A program made the translations under genes and the position numbers. The notes beneath the pieces were generated by a model. It made no database searches and was not told the DNA's origin. It was given only the letters and a program-made list of their open reading frames with translations. DNA of 64,000 bases from Camelus ferus (taxonomy: Eukaryota). The stretch lies in NCBI RefSeq assembly GCF_009834535.1, contig NC_045696.1, positions 2,110,001 to 2,174,000 of the forward strand, written 5' to 3'. Below are positions 1-11,050 of the stretch, one piece after another. Each line of letters begins with the position of its first letter. Position 1 is the first letter of the stretch.

Positions 1-1759
1 GGACCCCGGAGATGCACGGGCTGTCCCAGAGAAACAGGCAGCGAGGGCCCAGGAAATTGTTCTGGCCCAGGTACCTCCCTGAGGGTAGGGTGCCCTTCCA
101 AACCCGGAGTCCCTCCTGTGTGACCCCAGGGGTGGCCCTGTGGCAGGACACACTCCCCTGAACACTGAGCCTCACTGGGGCCCTCAGCACCCATCTCCTC
201 CGGCACCAGATCTTTCACTAGCGAAGAAGACATGGCAGGTTGGCCTCCACCCCTGATTTTCTGGTTGGAAGCAGCAGAAAAGGGGGCTGAGCAGGAGGGA
301 CGGCTGTCTTGGGGCTTGAAGACGGCATCCTGAGACCAGGAGCGTAGCCCCAGGCTTGTGTCCTGATGGCAGGGTCTCTGGAGGTGGCAGCTACCTCCCC
401 ACTTTCCACAGGGTGGAGGGTACTTCCACGGCCCTCGGCTGGCCCAGTGGGTCAGGTTTCTTACAGCGTCCTGGGCAGGTGGGACCGACCATGCGATCAG
501 AGACAGCATTGGAATTCTTTACCAGTGAGTGATCACAGTTTAAACAGTCTGTGGGGGAGCCATGTTCCAGAGGCTTCCTGGCCCTGTGTAGTGACTGAGC
601 TGGGAGGGGCTGAGGAGCCCTCGGGGCAGGTGTACGGCCTGGGCGAGGGCAGACTCCAGGGACGGACAGCACTTGGAGTCCTTGTAAGTCTCTGATCTCT
701 GGCATCAAGTCTGGGCCAGGTGGCTGATGGCAGGAGAACCTCATCCTCCAGATGTGTCCCTGGAAGGGCCTGAGATTTTACAAACAGGATGCACCTGCCT
801 GGCAACAGGCGGCAGCCCCCCCCCACCCCGACCCCCAACCCCTGTTTAGGGCCACTGAGTGTCTCCTTGTACCCCGACACCCCGTGCGCTGCACAGCCTC
901 CTGGTTCAGGGCCTGGAACCCCGTCCGCTCCTGCCCTGGGTGCGGAGGAGGGAGCAGGGCTGCGATTGCACTGGATCTTGCCCCTCCTGACGGAGCCCAC
1001 ACCCTGTGCTGTGAGACTCATCTTTCTGGAAGGCAGTCTGAGGGCTGTGCTGGACTCCTGGACTTCAGGAGTGTGATCTTGGGGGTCCAGCTCCAAGCCA
1101 ACCATTGGGGATCGCTTCAACCGCAGGCAGAGCCCAGTGCCAGCCCCATCCCACCTGTCACCCAATCCATCCATGTATTCTGCCCACTTTCCACAAAACA
1201 CGCCCCTCGGCATAGTGTTCCTGTGCATGTCACGTCCCCCCACTCACTGACGGAGCTGGAGCCCGGAGCAAGGGACATTGCCCACTTCCCTGAGCTGTCA
1301 CACGACCATTTGCTCTCTTCACCGAGTTTTGGGCCTTTGGGGAGCACTTTCTTCAAGTCCAGGGCTGTTCAGGGGGCCTAGACCACGTGTGCCCTCAGGC
1401 TTTACACCCCTGGGAGGAGGTGTGGGGAGGGGGGGCCCCGGTGCAGGCCTGTGGTTTCATCCCATCTCCTAATGGGGCTGTGTGGCCTCCCTGAGCTTCC
1501 CCCTCACTCTCTGGGGTGTGTGCACCTGTGTGTGTCCGTGGGCAGGGCCCGTGTGTGTGCCTGTAGGCGCGTGCTGGCCCATCCACACTCTGAATTCAGG
1601 ATGTACACTTGAAGATAAACCGCGTGGAGACGTGCGACCATCAGGAGGCCAGCCTTCCCGGGCCTCAGGAGGGCTGCGCTGAGCGGCCGGGCAGCAGCCG
1701 GGCGCGTCCGCTGGGGCGGCTCCCAGAGCACAAGGGACACCACGCTTCTTTTAGCTCAG

Positions 1760-1765
1760 TTTATT
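1760..1765 (-). terminator. AGPAT3: Distal poly(A) signal AATAAA
   Basis: tttatt on +. Upstream on the mRNA are UUUUUUGUAAAA (~1878-1888) and UGUAUAUA (1900-1907); downstream is GUGGUGUCCCUUGUG. Confidence 0.65.
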
Positions 1766-4700
1766 TTCACAAGACAGACAGAGCAGACCCTGGAATAGCT
1801 CTTGGTTCTCACAAGAGATCTTTCCTCTATAAAGAAGAAAAAGGGTTCCTGGGTTTTCTCCACGGAATGAATTTGGTTTTACAAAAAAATAGTTTTTGAT
1901 ATATACATGCCTACTTTGGAAAACCTCATCCTCGATGGCTTTCAAGACCCGTTTTAGGTAGAGGGCCTCAGCCTTGTGCACCAACTGGTTTTCTCCCTTG
2001 CTTTTGCCAGATGATCACTCTCCGTCTCAATTTCCCTTCCAGAAGCAACTTATGGGCAAGGGAGAGGCTGGGAAAGTGTCCTCAGCAGGACAGCCTTGGA
2101 GAAACACGCGTGGCCTCGGAGTGTCTGCGCGGGCGAGGCCCCGGCCCGGACGTGTGTGCCCGGAGGGCCTTTCCTTTCCCTGGGAAACCCTCTGCAGACC
2201 AGAAGCAAAGGGACAAAAGGAGGCGGCCGCTCCCTCCTGCAGTGTGATTTTTATCCCTCACTTTCACAGCAGCAATTAAAAAAGCAAGTATGACGCCCAC
2301 AGTGTTTTATCTAGAAAACACCGTCGAGCAGGCAGGCTCAGGCACGCCGTGTGCAGAGACCAGCGCGGAGCACGGCGATCGCGGCCGGCTTTTCAGGAGA
2401 CAGGCTTTTAGGGTCTCAGTTAGCACCCCCACGCCCCCCAAGACCAAAGCCAGAGATCAAAAATACTGCTATCCTCAACTGCATAAAGCTGTAGCAAAAT
2501 TGTAAAACTGAAGCGTACAAAAGGAAACACGCGTATAATACATTCGCACCCTGTATACAACGTCTCCCTCTTTGAAGCCGGCCAGCATCAGGTCGGCAGA
2601 GCATCAGTAGAAAAAGAACCCAGCGTCTGTCCCACACGTCTGAGTCGGTGGTTCGTGTGGTTTTCCAAAGAGAGAGACTTTTCCGTTACAGTTACAGTAC
2701 TTGCTGACGGTCATTATGGTTAAGAAGCCAGCTGAATTTCCTGGCAGTTGGGCAAGTAACATTTGATTGTCACAACGTACAATTCTGAGACAATAAATAC
2801 AAGGAGATTGGATGCATTTCTTCATCGCGTCAAGTCACCCCGGTTGGATTTGATACAATTCAGTGCACTTCAGTATCTCACTCACTGCTCAACCTCTGTC
2901 CAAATACTCTTGCAACAAAAAGTTAAGAAACTGAAAAGTTAACGGAAGAAGAAAACCCCAAGAGGCCTTTTCATCACAAAGCGATTCAAAGTCAATTGTT
3001 TTTGAGAAGAGTGTGGGGCCACTGACGGGCTCACTGGCATCCACGCCTCTGGGATGTCCCGGGCTCCCTAAAGTGCTCCGGTCCCTGGACTTCCCGAGGG
3101 TTCTGTGAGAAGGCCACCGATTACCCTGACTTAACCAGCGGCCAGTGCTTGTGGTAAAACTTAATGCACGTGTCCATCCCTTCAACCAAGCAGAGCAGTG
3201 TGACATCTCCTACCTAAAATGTCCCTGTGTTTTTGTGCCCTGGCCCTGAAATGCAGGAATGTGGGACCCGCACACCTGCGCCCTGGCAGCCCTGCTCAGG
3301 AGGCGGGACAGTGTGACTGGCCCCACTGGCCAGGCCCAGGCGCAGGGGGGAGGCCTGCCTTTGCTCGGGGAAGTAACTCACTGGAGCACTGGAGCAGGGC
3401 GGGGGCGGGGGCGGGGACATGCTGGCTCCGGAGGGGAGGCAGGTGGGCATGTCAGGCCCACTGTTTTAACCCTAAGCCTGGTTACCCTGCAGAGGGTGGC
3501 AGCCACTTGACCCTACAGACCCGTGTCGCCTGCCGGGGCTGCACGAGTTGCGGCAGCAGAGGGTGGAACAATACAGCTGCAGACCAGCCGGGCTGAAAGG
3601 TTCTGTTCCGCGTGTCCTCTAGGTGTCTCGGGCAGGGACAAAGCAGCATGAAGAGTCACTCTCCACCCCAGATCTGACACAGCGGGCGGTCACCTGGATG
3701 TGCACAGCCTGGTGACTCCAAGGCGCAGTGGCTAAAGCAGTGTAAGAGAGTGCTCCTGCCCTGGTGTACATGGCGCAGGGAGTGAGGAGGCAAACAAACC
3801 GGAGATGCCGGCCGGACCCCCGGCCACACCGCACTGCCTTTGCCGGACGTGCCCGCATGGCATTGATTCTCGCTATTACTTGGCGGGCTGTGCACTCAGA
3901 GCTCATCCCTTCCACCTGACCCTGTACTTCTCGAGGGATGACGGCGACTGGGGAGCACCTCCCCTGGGCCATGCACCCAGTACACTGCCACCAAGGGCTG
4001 GCTGACTTGTGTCACTGCTTGCTTTTGGGTTAAAATTCCGTCATTGGGCAACTGTTTCAAACCCTTCTCAAAGCCTCAGTTTGGGGGAGAAGACGGGTAA
4101 AGAGGCGTTTGCAGCCTTTCCCCAGCATCTGCTCATCAGCGTGGGTGGAGGCAGTCCCCACTCACCATGCTGTCAGAGACCCTGAAGAGGGAGGCCAGGA
4201 AGTCTACAGGAGCTGCGGGCTGCCACAAAGTCACCAGGAAAGGCCACAGTCACCTTAGAAGCCCCTGGAACTCCCCAGAGGGGACTGCTGGACACATAGG
4301 GAGGGCCCACAACCCAAACACAGCACCTGGGCCTGAGCTGAGAAACACTAGTTGGCGGCCCCCTGGGCTCAGAACTCAGCCTGCTGGTCACTCCTGGGAG
4401 GGGCCCAAGGCCTGGGGCCGCCTCTGTGTACCTCTAGTGGGAGGGGAGCTGACCCCACAGAGAGGCTGAGCAGACCCCTCCTCCAACAGAGAGGCTCAGC
4501 AAACATCCATGCTCACACACCCTCCCACAATGAGGCTCAGCAAACAGCACAGAGACCCCCTTTCCTGACCCAGGACCTAGTGTAGAGGGCACCAGCGACT
4601 TCAACCTAGAGCACACTCTCCCCACTGTGACCAGCACAACTGTCCCAGCATTCAGCCTGATCTGGACATCACCAGCAGCAGAGGGGGTAAAGGAGAAGAA

Positions 4701-4855
4701 ATAAGGAAAGCACTGTTCTGTGGTTTATTAATTGAGGGGAAAAAATGAAGAGAGCTCCTCTCCCCCTTTCCTTCCGAAATGGATGAAAAGCAGAGTCTAC
4801 CCCTCCAAAAAAAAAAAAAAAAAAAAAAAAAAACCCAAACATTCATGGTGTAGTT

Positions 4856-4861
4856 TTTATT
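4856..4861 (-). terminator. AGPAT3: Middle poly(A) signal AATAAA
   Basis: tttatt on +. About 15-50 nt downstream on the mRNA are UGUUUGGG and a long U tract (+ strand A run ~4807-4833), a classic downstream element. Confidence 0.65.
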
Positions 4862-5279
4862 GCTGTCAAAGAGCTTGGTATTCAAGTGCACAAGCTAATC
4901 TGCGTTCAGTGGGAAGGAAGTCGCTGAGATTTGAAAATTAGAAGTGGTCAATCTCCATTTACCTCGAGTCTTCACAGCTCATCACTGCCTCCACACAGAA
5001 TTTACACATTAGGTATTAATTTCAAGGGGAGGGAACTTATCCCAGAGGCAAGAACTATTAATTAAACGGTAAAAAGATCTAATTTTGCATTTTCCAGGTA
5101 ATGTACCCGCACAGTAGTACTCTTCAACTGTTTCCTTTAAGATTTGCAGGGTTAGTGAATTAGCAAATAACATAAACACACAGAGAGACGGAAGAACAGC
5201 ACACCGTGTGCAGAGAAATGAGACCTAAGGTAGCGCTGACCGCAGTGGGAGCAGCTCTTCCGCAGGGGCTCTGCTATGC

Positions 5280-5299
5280 GGGGGGGGGGGGGGGGGGGG
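5280..5299 (+). repeat. G20 homopolymer (poly-C in the mRNA)
   Basis: Read directly from the sequence. Confidence 0.9.
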
Positions 5300-5749
5300 T
5301 TGGAGGGGCGTGCTTTGTGGCAGAGGGAAGCACGCGTCTAAGAAAAGCACTTCAAAGCCGGTTTGTTTTACCCTTCAACCTCACCAGGACTCGTGTGCAC
5401 CCACTGTCCCTCCTGAGCAAGTACAGTATCGTGGTTCGCGTCCCTGCGACCTCGGTCCCTTCACCAAGGTCACTAATGCAGAATTCAGTAGTGTCGTTAC
5501 AAAGGATGTGGGCTGTTTCCCTAGACCTCCCCAAAATACGTACTTAGGACCAATGCATAATTATTTTTCCAATTTGGTTTATAATTTTTTCCATGCCTCT
5601 TCCCTCCATTTTTTCCCCTAGAAAGTTCACCCTGCCTCTATTCAGGATGCTGGTTACAGTGCATCAGAGATAACACCCGTTATTTTTCGTTCTCTTGCTA
5701 AAAAAGATGAGGGGAGTGTGACTTTTAAAAAGCAAGGTAAAGTTTCAGA

Positions 5750-6850
5750 GGAAAGCCGGATGCGGGCGGGGGGCGGGGCTACAGCGGAGGGAGGCCGGGC
5801 GGGGGGCGGGGCGGGAGCGCCCGGGGGGGCGGGGCGGCCGGCCCCGGGGGCTTCCGCCCCGCCGGGCGTGCGCTGGAGGCGCCTCCCTCCGGGAGGAGCG
5901 GCGAGCACCCCGGCGGCAGGCTGCGGGGATGCGGTGCCGCCAAGCACAGGCGGTCAGCACACTCGGGGGACAGCCCTGCGGCAGGAGCCGCCGCCGGCCC
6001 TCCCCCCGGACACATGCAGCTGCCCGGGGGGGAGGGGGGCGGAGGTGGGGAGGGCTCACCACCTCCCGTTTTCGTCAGGACGCTGACAGCCGTCCACAGG
6101 TCCACTGTCAAAGTATAACCTCTCAAAGCAGACGAGCTCCGTGCTGTTTCCAACCACCTCAGAAGACAGGGTGATGGTGACACTGCCTTCTCAAAAGCGT
6201 CAACAGTCCTGCAGGCTGCGGGCCGAGGCTCCCCCACCCCCGACCCCCGGACACAGCGCCTCCGTGCGGGTGGCCGCCCTGCGCTCGGCTGGGGACCCGA
6301 GTCTGACGGTCGCCGGGGACAGAGGAGCTGCGCCCGGGGCACCGGGAGGACGCCGCACCTCGCCGAGTTCTCGGGCTCCATCCGCCTTGAAACGGACTGA
6401 AGGTGTTTCCACGCGGGCTCAGGTAGGAAGGGGCAAGGAAGCTCTGGAAGCTCAACGGGGCGAGGCGCGTGTCCGCCGCCGGCTCGCTCGGTGTGCTGCT
6501 GGCCCAGAGAACTCTCCCGGGGCCCCGCGCCCACCGCCTGGAGGCCACGGTGCCAGCAGATCGGGACGAGCAGGTGCTCTGAGGCCCGGGGGCCCGGGAG
6601 GAGCCTTGAAGATAGTGTGCTGGGGGTGCAGGGGGAGAGGCGGGGAAACTCCCAAGATAACTGGTAAAAACCCAAACCGGGATCTAAGTGTGGGAAGAGA
6701 AAGCGACCGAAGGCTCCCTCGGCAGACAGCGCTCTCGGAGGTGACGAGTCGGACGGCTCTCCGGGCGCCACCTCCCCCCAGAGCGACGCCCCGGAGACCG
6801 GCTTCCCGGGGGAAGCGCAGGGGCGAGGCTGGCGTCTCCATCCGCAGGCC
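5750..6850. promoter_or_regulatory. CpG island inside the AGPAT3 3'UTR
   Basis: About 1.1 kb, very GC-rich and CpG-dense by eye, with stacked GGGCGG boxes at 5762-5850 and sharp AT-rich borders. Confidence 0.75.
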
Positions 6851-6878
6851 TTCCGACTGCTTTACTCTTGGCTCAAGT

Positions 6879-6884
6879 TTTATT
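6879..6884 (-). terminator. AGPAT3: Proximal candidate poly(A) signal AATAAA
   Basis: tttatt on +, about 140 nt after the stop codon in AU-rich sequence. No strong GU-rich downstream element. Confidence 0.35.
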
Positions 6885-7020
6885 GGTCAGTATTAGTCAC
6901 CAGTTAATAAGAAAAATAGTTTCTAAGTGTCTTTTTCCCGCTCTGTGTGTGTTGTTCTGTTTTTAATTGAGTTAATTGGATACCACCGTCAGGTTATGTG
7001 TGTTCAATCACAGCCATTAA

Positions 7021-7109
7021 TTATTCCTTTTTCTTAAACTCTTGGTTTCCATAGCTGGAGCCCTTCTCTATTTCAGTCACTCCTATTAGTCGGCGGACTC
7101 CAAAGGAAG
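7021..7109 (-). CDS. AGPAT3: AGPAT3 last coding exon (stop TAA 7021-7023; C-terminal KKKE dilysine ER-retrieval-type motif)
   Basis: Translated by hand: (A)SFGVRRLIGVTEIEKGSSYGNQEFKKKE*. Acceptor ctttttcctattttaaag. The 8 exons sum to 1131 nt = 376 aa plus stop. Confidence 0.96.
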
Positions 7110-7697
7110 CTTTAAAATAGGAAAAAGGCGAGGTTAGATGGATTGCTTTGCTGTCAAGCTGGGAAAATCAAGCGGGATGGCCTGCACCTTTGGCCTCAGA
7201 CTCTCCCCCTGGGGCTGTGGGCCGCTCCCCCTCTTCCGTCTTCCCTGACGCGGCCAGCCGTGCACCCTGTCCGGGGGCATCAGAGGCCCCTGCTCCTCCA
7301 GCCAGCGGGAGGTAGGGTGTGGGCTCCTGGAGGGGTGCAGTTCTCACCCAGGTGCCCAGAGAGGCCGTGCGCCCATCCGCCTTGCGAGAATAAAAACGTC
7401 CTGGGAAACTTCAGACCGTCACGCCAGCCCCCGCCCCTAAGTGCCCAAGTGCAACCCGAGTGGCCCAGGGCCCTCCCCACCCGGCTCTCAGAGCACTAGC
7501 CTCGCTGCTGCATGGATGCCTGGCGGGCAGATGGCCGGCCAGCCTTCTGGAGAGATGGCCCTAGAATCTGGCTGTGGTCTGAGCAGCCGGAGCCACATTT
7601 GGCGGCCGGCAAGGCTCAGGTGGGAGCCCGGCTGCCAGGCCACCGCGGCGGTACAGGACTCCCAACCTCAAGCCATGCCTGCGTTCCCGTCCATTAC

Positions 7698-7896
7698 CTG
7701 CCCCGACAAACCCCAGGAACGTCAGGATCAGCAGGGGAGATCCACTGGCGAAGACCCCCAAGACGAAACTGAAGAGAGGAGACAGGAGAACCGTGGCCCA
7801 GGAGAGGAAGTTCAGGAGCGTCCATGGCCGCCGAGCAGGTCTGAACTGCTCCCCAGGGAACACACCCTTCTGGTTGTACATCTCCTGCAGCGCGTC
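7698..7896 (-). CDS. AGPAT3: AGPAT3 coding exon 7 (C-terminal hydrophobic segments)
   Basis: DALQEMYNQKGVFPGEQFRPARRPWTLLNFLSWATVLLSPLFSFVLGVFASGSPLLILTFLGFVGA. Acceptor cctcttccag, donor CAG|gtaatg. 199 nt. Confidence 0.97.
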
Positions 7897-10399
7897 CTGG
7901 AAGAGGCAACCGGGAAAGTGGCTTCACATACTGCTGTCATAACACGACAGTGAAAAATGACTCTCCCCATAAACAGACTAGACGGACCACGCCTGCTGCA
8001 GGTGGGAGATGAAGTTGGAGGGACCATTGCGGGGAACCGTGGCGGCCTGTACCGAAAGCTTGAACAATTCCTTTCGACCCGGCAAGTTTCCTACAAAAAC
8101 GATCAGCCAGTGCCGGGCGCACAGCACACACCTCTGACCCCCGGGACTGCGCTGCCAGCCGGCCCCTTCTCTCCCCACCACACTTTAAGGCAAGGGCGGC
8201 GGCTACCCCTTGCTGGGACTTCAGCCGTCTAGGCATCACCCCTGCCAGCTGCGTCACCCACGGAAAGCTACTTAACCTCCCCTTCCTCTGTGTCCTGGTG
8301 GCTAACGATGGAAGGAGGGAGGAGCAGGTGAGGACAGCAGAGCATCAACAGAGACATGGCGACGTGTGCTCCACACTGGGCAGCGGCCAGCTGAAAAACC
8401 AGAACGCCCAGCATAACAGGTTTCTCTGCAGCCGTGCCAAGAAGCATGTTAGCGAGCATGGAGATACACTCGTGATGTTTTCCGTTTTCTGAAAGGAGTT
8501 AAGTCCCACATAATCCCATGTAAATGACAAGTATGCGTGACTATGTACTGGTATAGGATCAAGGTTGGAAAGATGCACACCCACTTGACCTGAACTTCTC
8601 GAGGCAGTGGAATGTCACCTGTCTTCTTTATTTTCTGCGTTTAATTTTCTACAGTTGTGGGGGTTTTTACCTAAAAATGGGGCAAACACCTGGGGCAAAC
8701 ACCTGGCCTCGCAGCTTCTTCCAGCCTGTAGAGAGGCAGCTGCTCCTTCCGACCCAGGGCGCACAGGGTGGGCAACTTTCTGTGGCCTTTACACTAGAGC
8801 AGACTCCTGGGGGTGACCGCAGTGCTCCCCTGCGCCACCTGGAAGGCCCTCCCCGGCGCGGGGCAAGAACATCTTCAAGCCCAGTCGGCGTCTCCACTCT
8901 GAGCACCTGACGCTATGCCCACGGGCCAGGCCTCCCTCTCCGCCCAGAGCTCCTGTTGGGTGGGAAACCGTGGTCCCCCGTACAGGGGGCACAGGGCCTC
9001 CCAGTGGGCTCACAGTCAATGGCTGTTCAGGTGAGGTGGGCCCAGGGGGACACTGACAAACCAGAAGGCAGGCCCTTGCCCTGCAGGAGAGCACATCGTG
9101 GCTGCAGATTTAGACCAGGTTTGTGACAGGTGTCTCTGGACCATCTGTGCACCACCCACGTGCACACACATGGTCCACCCAGGGCCCGTCCTCCCTGGCA
9201 GGGTGCCCTGTGGGGTGAGCCCTCAGACAGTGGTGTGACCTCCGTCTGTCCTGACTTGTCAGCAATTCCATGCACAACTGAAAGGGCTCCTCTCCTTACA
9301 CCCGTCCCACCAGCAGACGGCCCCCAGATGGTGGTCCCCCTTCCTGCAGGCCTGCTCTCCTTCCAGTGGTTTCTCCAGGAGCCCTGAGCACCCCCCCAAC
9401 CCCAGCTTTGTCGTTCCAGGAGGCACACGGCAGGGTCCAGGGCTAGCCAGGATCTGCCCACCATCTCCAGCCAGCTACTCAACTCCTCGGCTGGAGTCCC
9501 CTCGCCTGTGCTCTGCTGGCAGGCGGAGGTGCAGCTAAGCGAGGTGACCATCAATGGCTCTCCGGAGGACAGGCCTGCCACACATGTGCTGCTGCTGTGA
9601 CCAAAGGCACAAAGTGCCACGCCTCTCAGAAGTGTGTGCATTACAGCAGGACCAAAGAGCTGAGTTTGGTCACTTCAGGGTCTGTATCTCCCTGGCAGGG
9701 GGCAGTGGGACCAAAAGTGTTCCAGACCCTGCCGTCTCTCCTCAAGACAGGGAGAAAAAGCAACTCGCGCTCAGCTGGGGGGTGACGCACAGCTTAGAAA
9801 AGTTCTGCAAAGGCAGACGGGGTTCCGCCGCCAGTCACAGGGCTAGCTAGTGTCTCACAGAAACGCTCCCACACTTGCATAGCTAGTTCATAAATGTTCA
9901 CAGATGGGAAGACACTTAACTAAAACGGGGTGTCATCACATGGTGGAGCTCGGCATCTGAAAGGAATGGACTAAATCTGTCTATGTCCATGTGGACAGGC
10001 AGAAGAAACAATGGTCACTAGAAACAGAAAAAAATGGGAGAACATGACACGCAGTATGGTGTCCTTAATGCACATTAAAATATAAGTTAAACAAAAAGCA
10101 GTATTATATGTTTCAATATTAAAGGAGAACATAGAAAAATATCCGTATAAATCAGTTACGTCAAAACTTTTATCAGATTGTTTTAGAAAGCCCCCCTTAC
10201 AGACTGGAGATGAGGCCTGTGGTTTCCCCTCTAGAAACATCATGCTTGTGGTGGGGGGGAGATCTCCATCCCCAGGCAGGGTTTACACCTGCACTACCTG
10301 TGCGTGGGCACTTCTACGGTAATATACGGTACTGCTCCCGTGCCGGGCACCTCTACTACAATATACGGTACTGCTCTGGCCTCCTGTGATCTGAGAGTA

Positions 10400-11050
10400 G
10401 CGTCCTACCATCCGCCCACTGCAATCTGTTTTTACACTTAACATTCTCAAGATTCAGTTAGACTGATAATACACAGTTCATTCACTGTAACTGAATCACC
10501 GCAGATGAACACGAATACACAATGGCCTCTGTCCTAATTACACACCTTTAGCTTATTTCTCATTTCCTGCTAAATGCTGTTGCGTGCACGTCACTCGGTG
10601 GAAGAGTTTCAAACTTAAAACTCGACCCAGATCCAGAGACGCGCTCTCCGCTGCAGCCTCCTGCGTGCGCGGTCCCTCTGCCCATCCATCTACCTGATGC
10701 GCACACACTGCGCTTCTTTTCTGTTTAGGTTTCTTTATCTTCTGGAGAGGCTTTGAATGTTCTTGGAAATCACACATTTTATCCAAGTTTCCAAATGTAT
10801 GCGCATGAAGTTACTCGTTTTGCTCCTCTGTTCTTTTCACTCCCTGCTCTTCGGTGGTGCCATCTTTTCTATCCCCATTAATACCGTCACTCTTTTTAAA
10901 TTGGTCAGGCTTGCCCAAGGCTTTCTATTTTATTAATATTTTTATAGAAAAGTTTTGGTGCCACAGATTCACTCTTTTGTGGCGTTGCTTCCTGCTTCAA
11001 TAATTTATGCTCTTTATTTTCTTTGCTCTTTCCCTGGGTTTACTCTATTT
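10400..11050 (-). mobile_element. Old degraded LINE-1 (L1M) fragments
   Basis: T-rich phrases typical of antisense L1M, e.g. 'cacattttatccaagtttccaaat' and 'ttgcccaaggctttctattttattaat'. Boundaries approximate. Confidence 0.45.

Larger units (their letters stand above)
1740..7020 (-). other. AGPAT3: AGPAT3 3'UTR (longest candidate form about 5.3 kb)
   Basis: Follows the stop codon, has no recognisable interspersed repeats and contains AU-rich blocks. It ends at a canonical AATAAA with upstream UGUA elements and downstream GU-rich sequence. The extent is inferred. Confidence 0.65.

Noticed and set aside
1..1740. Several 100-236 aa ORFs downstream of AGPAT3
   Set aside because: They overlap on both strands with no recognisable homology; treated as GC-rich intergenic sequence.
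4807..4833. A-run suggesting a retroposed insertion
   Set aside because: No TSD or element body. It is better explained as the U-rich downstream element of the 4856 poly(A) signal.
5779..6896. Long ORFs of 330 aa (-) and 251 aa (+)
   Set aside because: They lie in the GC-rich 3'UTR island where stop codons are rare. They are Pro/Arg/Gly-rich, have non-ATG starts and show no recognisable domain.
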